From a virus (lineage: Duplodnaviria > Caudoviricetes), in IMG/VR virus record IMGVR_UViG_3300030116_007293, positions 1 through 53,766 of that record: a stretch of DNA of 53,766 nt, one strand, 5' to 3'. The notes beneath the pieces are model-generated. The model was not told the origin of the DNA, searched no databases, and worked only from the letters and a program-made list of their open reading frames with translations. Both the position numbers and the translations under genes were made by a program. Positions 46,088-53,766 of the stretch are shown here, piece after piece (position 1 is the first letter of the stretch; every line of letters starts with the position of its first letter).

Positions 46088-46731
46088 TACAGTCCCCATC
46101 TTTCTGCACATATTGGTCCAATGCCTTTTTCGATACTACCATGATTTGTTAAATCTCTACCACAAGCAGAACAGTTGCCAGTCCTTTTACCATAAGCAAC
46201 AGCAGAACCGAGTGGATCTTTAGCAATCTCTTGCAACTTTTCGAGAGTTCCTTCAGGTGCATTAAAAGGTAAAAAATAACCACCAGTCACTTTACCAGCA
46301 TACTCACCATCAACTTTAACATAGATGGCACCAGCATTTACTCCAGAATCTGGAGCTCTAGATAAAACAATATTATCAACACGAAATTTAGGACTTTTAA
46401 TTGCTTCATGTGCTTTGTCAAAAATTTTCTTAACATTACTCAAATCAATAGAAACAATATTTCTTTGCCTTTCCTCTTTATTCTTTTTGATTTTCATTAA
46501 CATAGCACTGGCAGCAATCATCTGCTTTTCAGACAAAGAGCCTTTAATTGCAATTTGATCAATCAATGATGCAGCAAAAGAGTTCCAAGATGAAATTTCT
46601 TTAAGAGCATCAAATATTTTTTTATTGTCTGCATCCATACAAAATTTTTGAGCTTTAAGTTCACTCGCTCCTAAAAATTTTCTTTCATGATATTCGTTAA
46701 TTTCTTTGATTGCATTCATAATTCTTGTCAT
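46087..46731 (-). CDS. DUF6011-like Zn-finger protein
   Basis: C-terminal CSACGRDLT...SI..GIGPICA. Confidence 0.75.
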   Translation of the reverse strand: MTRIMNAIKEINEYHERKFLGASELKAQKFCMDADNKKIFDALKEISSWNSFAASLIDQIAIKGSLSEKQMIAASAMLMKIKKNKEERQRNIVSIDLSNVKKIFDKAHEAIKSPKFRVDNIVLSRAPDSGVNAGAIYVKVDGEYAGKVTGGYFLPFNAPEGTLEKLQEIAKDPLGSAVAYGKRTGNCSACGRDLTNHGSIEKGIGPICAERWGL

Positions 46732-46760
46732 AATTTTTTCCTTTCTAAATTTATGAATAA

Positions 46761-46829
46761 ATTATCTCTCTTTTTTATTCAAAAGTAAAGAAGAAAGTTA
46801 AAAAAGAATCTAATTAAAACAATGACTTA
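46761..46829 (-). promoter_or_regulatory. Promoter D with TAAGTCATTGT box
   Basis: Box 46829-46819; TTTACT 46789-46784; 17 nt; GATAAT 46766-46761. Confidence 0.75.
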
Positions 46830-46830
46830 A

Positions 46831-47133
46831 TTAATCAAACGCATCTTTTATGCTTTTTATTACATTTTTTAATGTAAATGGCTTTTCATTTGGTCTGTAT
46901 TTACATTTTATTTCTCTTGGACAATCTACGTTTCCTGCACTCATATCAATATATTCATTCCATTGTGTGTAGTTTGCTCCTACATAAACACAGATATGTT
47001 GATTATTGCTTCTCATTTGCTTCGCCAATCTACAGGTTGTGTGTTCTCTGTCTCTGGCAAAAACAACTATTGCTAATATAGATATTACAGCAATAAAAAT
47101 AAGAATGTAATATATTATCCGAATAAAACACAA
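46831..47133 (-). CDS. Membrane-anchored Cys-containing protein
   Basis: N-terminal TM; TTCRL...CVY...CPREIKC. Confidence 0.65.
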   Translation of the reverse strand: MCFIRIIYYILIFIAVISILAIVVFARDREHTTCRLAKQMRSNNQHICVYVGANYTQWNEYIDMSAGNVDCPREIKCKYRPNEKPFTLKNVIKSIKDAFD

Positions 47134-47164
47134 ATTAAAATAAATCCTAAAATTGCAAGAATAA

Positions 47165-47650
47165 TTATCGAGTAACAGAATACGATATGAGCCAAATCAT
47201 CCATCCGAGACCTCCTGCACCAATCAGGCAAGCAATGCCCATAATAGTGTAATCTCTTATCATTTTTTGTTGCTCTTGTTTTGCATAAACTGCTTGTTGT
47301 CTGGCTTTTCTTATACGACCCTCTTCACGAATAAGATCGTCCCATGCCTGAAGTCCATAATGAGCCACTAAAAAATTTTTGAGTTCCTCTCTTTGCTTTT
47401 GTAGTTTCTTTTTACTAGCGAAACTCTCTATGGCTACCTCTTCAACAGAACCATTGAAAAGTTTATCAAAAGTTGATGGATTGTTAGCATTTTTGTGTAT
47501 GTTATCAACATCACTTACTGCTTTCATCCATGTAGATAATTGGCTTGATAAGTCCTCAATCTCACGACCCATCATTATGGCTTTTTTGATGCCATTATAT
47601 GCGGCTGTTGCTCCTGATACAGCAGCAGACAATGTAATTGGATCGATCAT
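47165..47650 (-). CDS. Coiled-coil membrane protein (MIDPITL...)
   Basis: 161 aa with C-terminal TM; RBS. Confidence 0.75.
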   Translation of the reverse strand: MIDPITLSAAVSGATAAYNGIKKAIMMGREIEDLSSQLSTWMKAVSDVDNIHKNANNPSTFDKLFNGSVEEVAIESFASKKKLQKQREELKNFLVAHYGLQAWDDLIREEGRIRKARQQAVYAKQEQQKMIRDYTIMGIACLIGAGGLGWMIWLISYSVTR

Positions 47651-49762
47651 TTACCTTACTGATTCTATTATTTTCTTTTTTGTGTTTTCTGGTAAGTTTT
47701 CAATAATAGTATTTATTTCAGATGGCAACTCTGATATTGCTCCGATTGTTGTGTCTTGAGCACCAATCGATTGTAAATATTGAGAATATGCACCTGCTGA
47801 TATCGGACTGCCTGAATCGACAACCATGCCACCACTTTCAACAAATTGAGGATAACTTAAAACTTCACCTGCAAATGCAGGAGATATTATTGAATCTGGT
47901 GCAAATTTTTCTGCTGTAAAAGCACTCGCAGTTGTCGTGCCTGCTGTCAAGCTATCTAACAACTGACCAACTCTTTTACTTAATATAGAAAGAGCATCTC
48001 TGTCTGTTAATGCTCTCTGTATAAGATCAGCATCTTCAGAAACTAATATTTTTGCTGCTTGCTCAAGTTGTGCTTGAGATATGTTGTCAACTTTTGAACC
48101 AATCATTTTTCTGGCCATTCTTGTAAAAGCAAAAATATTTAAAGGATTCAATGCAAATTCAACAACATCAACTGCAGCATCTGCACCAACTCTTTTAACA
48201 CCTTCAGCTGTTATCGCTGTCGGAGAGCCACCAAGAACTCTTCCTTTTGTTGTTTGTGTTTTACTTGCTAATTCTAATTTTTTTAAAGTATCCTCAAACA
48301 TTCCTTCAGGATAAATCTTCTCTAATATATCTCTTTCTTTCCTTTCTAATTTACTTAATGCTGACATAAAACTTTTAGCAGAGCTCAAACCGAATTTATT
48401 TTTTAATTGAGCTGCAACTCCTGCTCTAAAAGAGTCCATTGCTAGGTCATCACCTCTTTGTGCAAGGTTGTCAAACTGTATTGATAAATCTTCAAAGCTC
48501 TTACCAAATGCTTTTTTACCATCTTCAAATGCTTGTTGTGCTGCTTTTATACTTGCCCATTTTGCCCTTGTTGCTGCTAATTCTGGTGATACATCATCAA
48601 GAATACTTCTAACAGACTTTTCAATAGTATTTAATGAAGTTCCAAGATTGCCTTTGCCACCACTGAATGCTTTGTTAGTTGCATCTGCCAATGCTCTTCT
48701 TATAATCTCACCATCTTCAAGAGTTACATCTCTCAATAATTCTAATTTGCCATCTGTTATTTTAAAAAGGTCAGGTGCATTGCTTGCTTTTAAAAGTTTG
48801 TTTATATCTTTTTGTAAAAATTTTTGATTTGTTAATATTTGCTCTGCTGATAAATTTAATGAATTAGATTGTAGAGCTTTGCCTTGATCAAATATTTCTT
48901 TGTATGCTGCTGATTCTGCTGCTTCTAATTCTTTTAAATTTTTGCTTAATGCTAATGTTATATTCTCTCCACCTTCTGGTGCGAGTTCAGACAATAATGC
49001 TCTTTTTCCTGATTCAAAAGTCTCGTCTGCTCTTCTTGTTAATGTGTCAGCAATTATTTGACCACCAGACCCACTCTTTGCATATATTGATCTTAATGCG
49101 TTTGCTGTTTGTTCACTCATGTCTGGTATTATTTCACCAGCATTAACTTTTTTAACAACATCTTCAAGAGTTAAATTACCCTCTCGCATTATTCTTAAAA
49201 CTTCATCCTCTGCTGCTTTACCGAGTCTTCCTGTTAATTTTCTTCTTATAAAGTCTGCTGGCTTTTTTAATAATGTTGTGCCTAATTGAACTGCTTTTGT
49301 CCCAACTGGACCAGCAACACCACCTACAACAGCACCAATTCCAGCACCTTCTAATCTTCCACCAAAACCTTCGCCACCACCAGCACCTGCTAATGATCCT
49401 GCTCCTGCTCCAACTGCTGCTGCTCTTCCGAGAGTTGGCACTAAACTTGCACCACCAGTAAATGGTGCAGCTGCAATACCAGAACCCAAAGCACCACCAA
49501 TCTCATATTTTAAACTTCCTGGCTTGTCTTGTGCTGTTTTTAAAGCACTTCTTTCTTTTTGCAATGCTTCACTATAAGTTTCTGGACCAATAGCTCTAAT
49601 CGCAGCAATCGCTTCATCTGAAAAATTAAATAATGCACCTTGTGCAGCAAGACGAATTTTTTCACTGAATGTTAAACCTTGATCATCAGTTTCTTCAGGA
49701 CTTGGCTCAATATTATATTTTTCAAGTAATTTTTTTAATACTTCTGTTGCATTATCTGACAT
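47651..49762 (-). CDS. Large ejection / internal virion protein
   Basis: QGALFNFSDE, glycine zipper, helical body, LGGSPTA; last gene of the ejection cassette. Confidence 0.7.
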   Translation of the reverse strand: MSDNATEVLKKLLEKYNIEPSPEETDDQGLTFSEKIRLAAQGALFNFSDEAIAAIRAIGPETYSEALQKERSALKTAQDKPGSLKYEIGGALGSGIAAAPFTGGASLVPTLGRAAAVGAGAGSLAGAGGGEGFGGRLEGAGIGAVVGGVAGPVGTKAVQLGTTLLKKPADFIRRKLTGRLGKAAEDEVLRIMREGNLTLEDVVKKVNAGEIIPDMSEQTANALRSIYAKSGSGGQIIADTLTRRADETFESGKRALLSELAPEGGENITLALSKNLKELEAAESAAYKEIFDQGKALQSNSLNLSAEQILTNQKFLQKDINKLLKASNAPDLFKITDGKLELLRDVTLEDGEIIRRALADATNKAFSGGKGNLGTSLNTIEKSVRSILDDVSPELAATRAKWASIKAAQQAFEDGKKAFGKSFEDLSIQFDNLAQRGDDLAMDSFRAGVAAQLKNKFGLSSAKSFMSALSKLERKERDILEKIYPEGMFEDTLKKLELASKTQTTKGRVLGGSPTAITAEGVKRVGADAAVDVVEFALNPLNIFAFTRMARKMIGSKVDNISQAQLEQAAKILVSEDADLIQRALTDRDALSILSKRVGQLLDSLTAGTTTASAFTAEKFAPDSIISPAFAGEVLSYPQFVESGGMVVDSGSPISAGAYSQYLQSIGAQDTTIGAISELPSEINTIIENLPENTKKKIIESVR

Positions 49763-51366
49763 TATTGTTCTCTTCTGTCAATTTCTTGTTCTATAAATTT
49801 CAATTGTTGGGCTGAATAAATATTAGCAGCATTTGGCTTTTTAAGTAAATTTTTCAACTCTTCTGTTGTTAAACCTGCTATTGTATCTTTAAAAAATAAA
49901 TCTTTGCCTGTTGCTGTATCTGTTAATTTTTTATTAGCATAACCTTGAGGATCTAATATATCATATGTTTCTTCGCCACTGGTATAAGTTAAAAAAGGAA
50001 CTGCTTCAGGATATATAGATTTGAATGCGTCCATACCTGATGCTTGAATCATACCTTTTGTGGCAGTTTCTCTTAATGATCTTTTCTGATCAAGTGTTTC
50101 TTGACTATCACCAACAACAGGAAAATATTGTAAAAGTGCATCTGCATATTCTGATGCAGCAATCGCAGCACCTGATTCTTGTCTTAATTGAGCTGCAACC
50201 CAGTTTTGTGCTGCAACGTGAAATTGTTGTGCCAATGGATCTACACCAATCATACCCAGACCAAGAGTGCTCATTGTTCTTATTTGTGCAACATCTGCTG
50301 GAGTTAACACATAACCTTGAGCAATAACATTTCTTAATATACCTTCATTAAAAAGCATTCTGCTTCCAAATCCTGCAGCTTGAACTTGATTTTGATCAAA
50401 TTTTTGAGACTTCTCACTTAATATTTTTTCAAGATCAATTCCTTTAGGGACAGGTAAATTTGTTCCTGAAAGATCAATTCCTGGAACTTGAACTTCAATT
50501 TCTTTACCATCTTCAAATTTTGTATATTTACCACCTGATACAAGTTTTTGATATTTAATAGAATACTCTGATAAATCAGCAGGAGACACATTTTCACCAG
50601 CAGCAAGTCTTTGACCAATCTCATTTACTCTGGCAACCATTCTTTCAAATTGTGCTCCTTGTGGTGGTTTATCAAATAACTTTGCAACACCTTGTGGTAA
50701 TTTTTCAAATTCATCTGCTGTAACAGAAATAATTTTATCATCAGGAATAGTTGTATTAGGAAATATTTCTGTAAACTTTTCTTCATTTAAAATTTGTATG
50801 TTAAAAGGTTTTGCAGGTGATGGTGTTTTTAATTCATTTAATGTAAAACCTTGATTCTGTAAATTTATAGCTTGTCTGCTGTCTAAAAGTTTAGTTTGTT
50901 TTGTACCATCTGGAGAAGTTATTTCATAATTTTTTAAAGTTCCTGTTTTGCCTAATGCTGTTGCCAATGTTAATGCTTGTGCTGGCATTGCTTCTTTACG
51001 TTTTCTCTCTTCTTCACGTCTTTTTACAAGATAGGCAGTTGGTGACTCTAATGCACCAGCAGCAGAACCAAACAATGTTGCTCCTGGTTCACTGGCTCTT
51101 CTGGCCAGATCCGTAAAGTATAAAAGTCCGAGGACATTTTTATCGATAGGTTGTGCTTGTGGTGTCACTTGTTTTAATAAATTCATCGCACCTTGAAAAT
51201 CTATACCACCTAATGCACCACCACCGACATCTGCCATATTAGTTGCTGACACACCTAAATTAGAACCAGTTTGATTCATCAATGGTGCTGATAATTGTTG
51301 ATTTGAAGAAACCATATTAGGGTGTCCTGTTAATACACTTCCTCCTTCTTGTACTTTATGTGGCAT
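49762..51366 (-). CDS. Ejection / internal virion protein
   Basis: LRQESGAAI..SE...YFP..GDS motif; position. Confidence 0.7.
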   Translation of the reverse strand: MPHKVQEGGSVLTGHPNMVSSNQQLSAPLMNQTGSNLGVSATNMADVGGGALGGIDFQGAMNLLKQVTPQAQPIDKNVLGLLYFTDLARRASEPGATLFGSAAGALESPTAYLVKRREEERKRKEAMPAQALTLATALGKTGTLKNYEITSPDGTKQTKLLDSRQAINLQNQGFTLNELKTPSPAKPFNIQILNEEKFTEIFPNTTIPDDKIISVTADEFEKLPQGVAKLFDKPPQGAQFERMVARVNEIGQRLAAGENVSPADLSEYSIKYQKLVSGGKYTKFEDGKEIEVQVPGIDLSGTNLPVPKGIDLEKILSEKSQKFDQNQVQAAGFGSRMLFNEGILRNVIAQGYVLTPADVAQIRTMSTLGLGMIGVDPLAQQFHVAAQNWVAAQLRQESGAAIAASEYADALLQYFPVVGDSQETLDQKRSLRETATKGMIQASGMDAFKSIYPEAVPFLTYTSGEETYDILDPQGYANKKLTDTATGKDLFFKDTIAGLTTEELKNLLKKPNAANIYSAQQLKFIEQEIDRREQ

Positions 51367-51368
51367 AA

Positions 51369-52355
51369 TTAACTCGTCAATTTATAAGCACTATACAATC
51401 CACCAAGACCACCTAGCAACTGACCATATAAACTAGGATTTTGGATGTATTGTGTGCCTGTTTGTAGTTGAACATTTTGTGTATTATATGGGACACCTTG
51501 TAAAGCACCAAGAGCAAAATTTACCATATCCATCGGAAACTGTCTTTGATCAACATAATCTGCGAATGCCATATCTAATGCCATCTGATCTAATCTTCTT
51601 CTTGCTTCACCTGTGCTTATTAAACCTGCTGCTGCTTGCTGTTCTAATCCTTGTATTAATGGAGCCATGCCTTCAAGTTGCTGTTGAGCACGAACTCTTG
51701 ATGCCTCTTCTGTTTCATATGCTGCTCTTGCTGCATCTTCTGCTCCAAAACGAGCAGTCCTGTCTGCATCAAAACGACCAGCTGCAAAACCTAATGCATC
51801 TCTAGCTGCTTGTGCTCTTATGTCACCTGCTGCTTGTGCTGCTTCACCCATTGTCTGACCTTCAAGCAGTGCAAGTCTAGAACCAAACCCACCACCACCA
51901 GTTGCTGCTTTTGCTCTAGCTCTTGATAAATTATCAAATAATGTTTGGTCAACTTGTCTTATCGCAGGATCAACTGCTTCTTGATAAATATCTAAAAATG
52001 GTTGTGCTGTTTCTATTGAAAATGGATCGCCAACTAACTCTTCTCTTGTTGCTGAATCAAAACCTTGACCAAGATTCATTGCTGCTTCACCAGCAGCAGT
52101 TACAAAAGGATCAAAAGATGAAGTTCCTCTTGCCATTATGTCTGCAGCTTGTTGTTCTTCTGGTGTTAATTTAGAACCATCATAAGTTGCTATTCTTGGT
52201 CCAGTGTATGCTGGGAATGGTGACGATGCTATATTTGCAGCTTGTTCGAATAACATTTTACCACCAGCAGATACCCATTCTGGCAGTTCTGTGCCTTCAA
52301 TTACTGTACTTGAATCTGGCAGTTCTGTTACACTTGTCGTACAAAAATTTCCCAT
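51369..52355 (-). CDS. Ejection (pilot-like) protein
   Basis: MGNFC start, Ala/Gln-rich helices, GFGSR, C-terminal GGLGG helix. Confidence 0.7.
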   Translation of the reverse strand: MGNFCTTSVTELPDSSTVIEGTELPEWVSAGGKMLFEQAANIASSPFPAYTGPRIATYDGSKLTPEEQQAADIMARGTSSFDPFVTAAGEAAMNLGQGFDSATREELVGDPFSIETAQPFLDIYQEAVDPAIRQVDQTLFDNLSRARAKAATGGGGFGSRLALLEGQTMGEAAQAAGDIRAQAARDALGFAAGRFDADRTARFGAEDAARAAYETEEASRVRAQQQLEGMAPLIQGLEQQAAAGLISTGEARRRLDQMALDMAFADYVDQRQFPMDMVNFALGALQGVPYNTQNVQLQTGTQYIQNPSLYGQLLGGLGGLYSAYKLTS

Positions 52356-52796
52356 TTATTTCTCCACATATACAGATCCAGCTTTTTTAAAACCCAATCT
52401 CTCAAAAAATTTATCTTTGCGTTCAATATCACCAGAAAACACATGACCGAGCCTTACAGACATTTTAACTGATTTTGCAAAATTTACAAAGTTTTTTACC
52501 AACATTAAAGCTGACCTGCTTTTTCTATAATTTTTAGAAACAAAAAACCAAAGATCAGATAAATGCTTTTCATCACTCCACCAATCATTTGCATAGATGC
52601 CACCTATTGATCCTGTTATAAATCCTTCATTATTGTAAGTCACAAACACTATACCATTCTTAATAACATTATCTACTTTTCTGGCCAAACATTCTAGTTT
52701 TATATTAGGGATATTTATTACTGTTCCTTCATGCATTTCTTTTAATAAAAGTAATATTATGAAGGCATCATCTAAATTTGCCCTGCGAATGTTCAT
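52356..52796 (-). CDS. GNAT-fold acyltransferase
   Basis: IRRA, FFVSKNYRKS, FFERLGF. Confidence 0.8.
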   Translation of the reverse strand: MNIRRANLDDAFIILLLLKEMHEGTVINIPNIKLECLARKVDNVIKNGIVFVTYNNEGFITGSIGGIYANDWWSDEKHLSDLWFFVSKNYRKSRSALMLVKNFVNFAKSVKMSVRLGHVFSGDIERKDKFFERLGFKKAGSVYVEK

Positions 52797-53131
52797 CCCA
52801 TTTTACTTAAAGCACCCATTTCTTTTTTGCCTTCTTGCATTCCCATGCCCTCAACAGCATTTATAAGTTCTGCCAACTCTGGCAACAATTTAATTAATAT
52901 TCTTGCTGTTTCTGGAGTTATGGCTTTATCAAGCATCCTTAACTCTTCTGGTGACATATTTGCTAAACGAGCCATTAGAACAGCAGTCATCTCTTCTGAT
53001 GGTCTCATTAAACTCATTTTTGCTTCTGGTGGCATACCACCTCTCATTTGATCCATACCTCTTGGTGCCATGTTTGCACCTTTCATATCTGGCATTGGTG
53101 GCATCATATTTTTATCGACGTGTCCTGGCAT
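52793..53131 (-). CDS. Met-rich hypothetical protein
   Basis: 112 aa, coupled to neighbours. Confidence 0.75.
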   Translation of the reverse strand: MPGHVDKNMMPPMPDMKGANMAPRGMDQMRGGMPPEAKMSLMRPSEEMTAVLMARLANMSPEELRMLDKAITPETARILIKLLPELAELINAVEGMGMQEGKKEMGALSKMG

Positions 53132-53766
53132 TATATCTCCTTCTGTTTATAAAGTGTTGACCAATCTGTTTTGTTACAAAAAGATCCTATAACCAAGCAC
53201 ATTGGTTCTAAAATTTTCCTGTAAATTTTACCTAAATAATCTGGCTTATCTCTTTCACCATATATATAGGCAATCTCATTTGCTCTATGACCTGCGACAT
53301 GTTTCCAAAAATTTACAAATCTGCCTTTACGCATTTGCCTGACCATCCAAACTGCCCACACATGATAACCATTAACATGCATTGGAGTAAGGAAGTCTCT
53401 TGTAAATTTATAGTCAAGAACAACTTGTTTGCGAGACATTATTCCTTGTCTCATTAATTCATTACATATAACTCTGCCACCAAGTGCTGAACCTAAAACT
53501 CCCCCGATGATTCCGCCAAATCCTGGCAGCAGAGCATTCCCTAAATATGTTCCAATAGCTTGAGCACCTGCAGATCTTGCTGCTTTGGCTGGATCTCTGC
53601 CTGATGCTAATTGTATTCCAAAATTTAAAAGTGCAGAACCACCTGCTCTTGCGAGATTTGCTTTACCAGCAGCAGATGTCGGATCTATTCTTTGACCAAA
53701 TTTTTCCATAAATGTCGGTGTTGCAGTTTGTGCTGTTATTGGCTCTGCAAATAAATTGGCTTTTCC
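53131..53766 (-). CDS. C-terminal part of the junction-spanning 411-aa protein (glycine zipper plus VIC domain)
   Basis: In frame with 779 to 1 across the repeat. Confidence 0.85.
   Translation of the reverse strand, partial: GKANLFAEPITAQTATPTFMEKFGQRIDPTSAAGKANLARAGGSALLNFGIQLASGRDPAKAARSAGAQAIGTYLGNALLPGFGGIIGGVLGSALGGRVICNELMRQGIMSRKQVVLDYKFTRDFLTPMHVNGYHVWAVWMVRQMRKGRFVNFWKHVAGHRANEIAYIYGERDKPDYLGKIYRKILEPMCLVIGSFCNKTDWSTLYKQKEI
53588..53766. repeat. Terminal direct repeat / circular overlap (copy 2)
   Basis: Matches 1-179 with 2 mismatches (53653, 53689). Confidence 0.97.

Noticed and set aside
1-53766. Stop-codon reassignment, diversity-generating retroelement or lysogeny module
   Set aside because: Genes are full-length in the standard code and all three stops are used; no reverse transcriptase, integrase or repressor cassette seen

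Overview
The window is an apparently complete, AT-rich (roughly one-third GC by eye) dsDNA phage genome. Its first 179 nt are repeated at the end (53588-53766) with 2 synonymous differences, giving a unit of about 53,587 bp with one ORF split across the junction. Gene content and order resemble marine alphaproteobacterial short-tailed phages of the HTVC023P-like kind; this is recognition only and the host is not established. The leftward arm (29011 to 1, wrapping to 43972) carries early genes, terS/terL, portal, an array of small basic and putative head-packaged proteins (including an ADP-ribosyltransferase), GroES, scaffold, capsid, adaptor, tail fibre, lysis, nozzle, ejection proteins with a GNAT, SNF2 helicase and VRR-NUC. 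The rightward arm (29419-43988) carries an SSB-like protein, AEP primase, UvrD helicase and a tightly coupled operon: FAD oxidoreductase, non-canonical ThyX, HAD phosphatase, DUF6378-like protein, SDR, VOC protein, DnaQ and DnaE. No integrase, RNA polymerase, tRNA or CRISPR array was seen. Best candidate new system: that operon looks like an uncharacterised pre-replicative pyrimidine (probably thymidine) modification pathway feeding a family C polymerase. It is supported by a ThyX lacking its folate-binding His and by a genome-wide word bias (all 23 GGCC sites found by eye sit in TGGCCA; CCGG, GCGC and CGCG were not found). Second candidate: a shared hydrophobic-G-A-L-x-x-hydrophobic motif on about 10 putative internal/ejected proteins, possibly a head-packaging tag. 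A 4-copy TAAGTCATTGT box with sigma70-like promoters and several structured RNA leaders are also visible. All family assignments come from motif recognition, not database searches.
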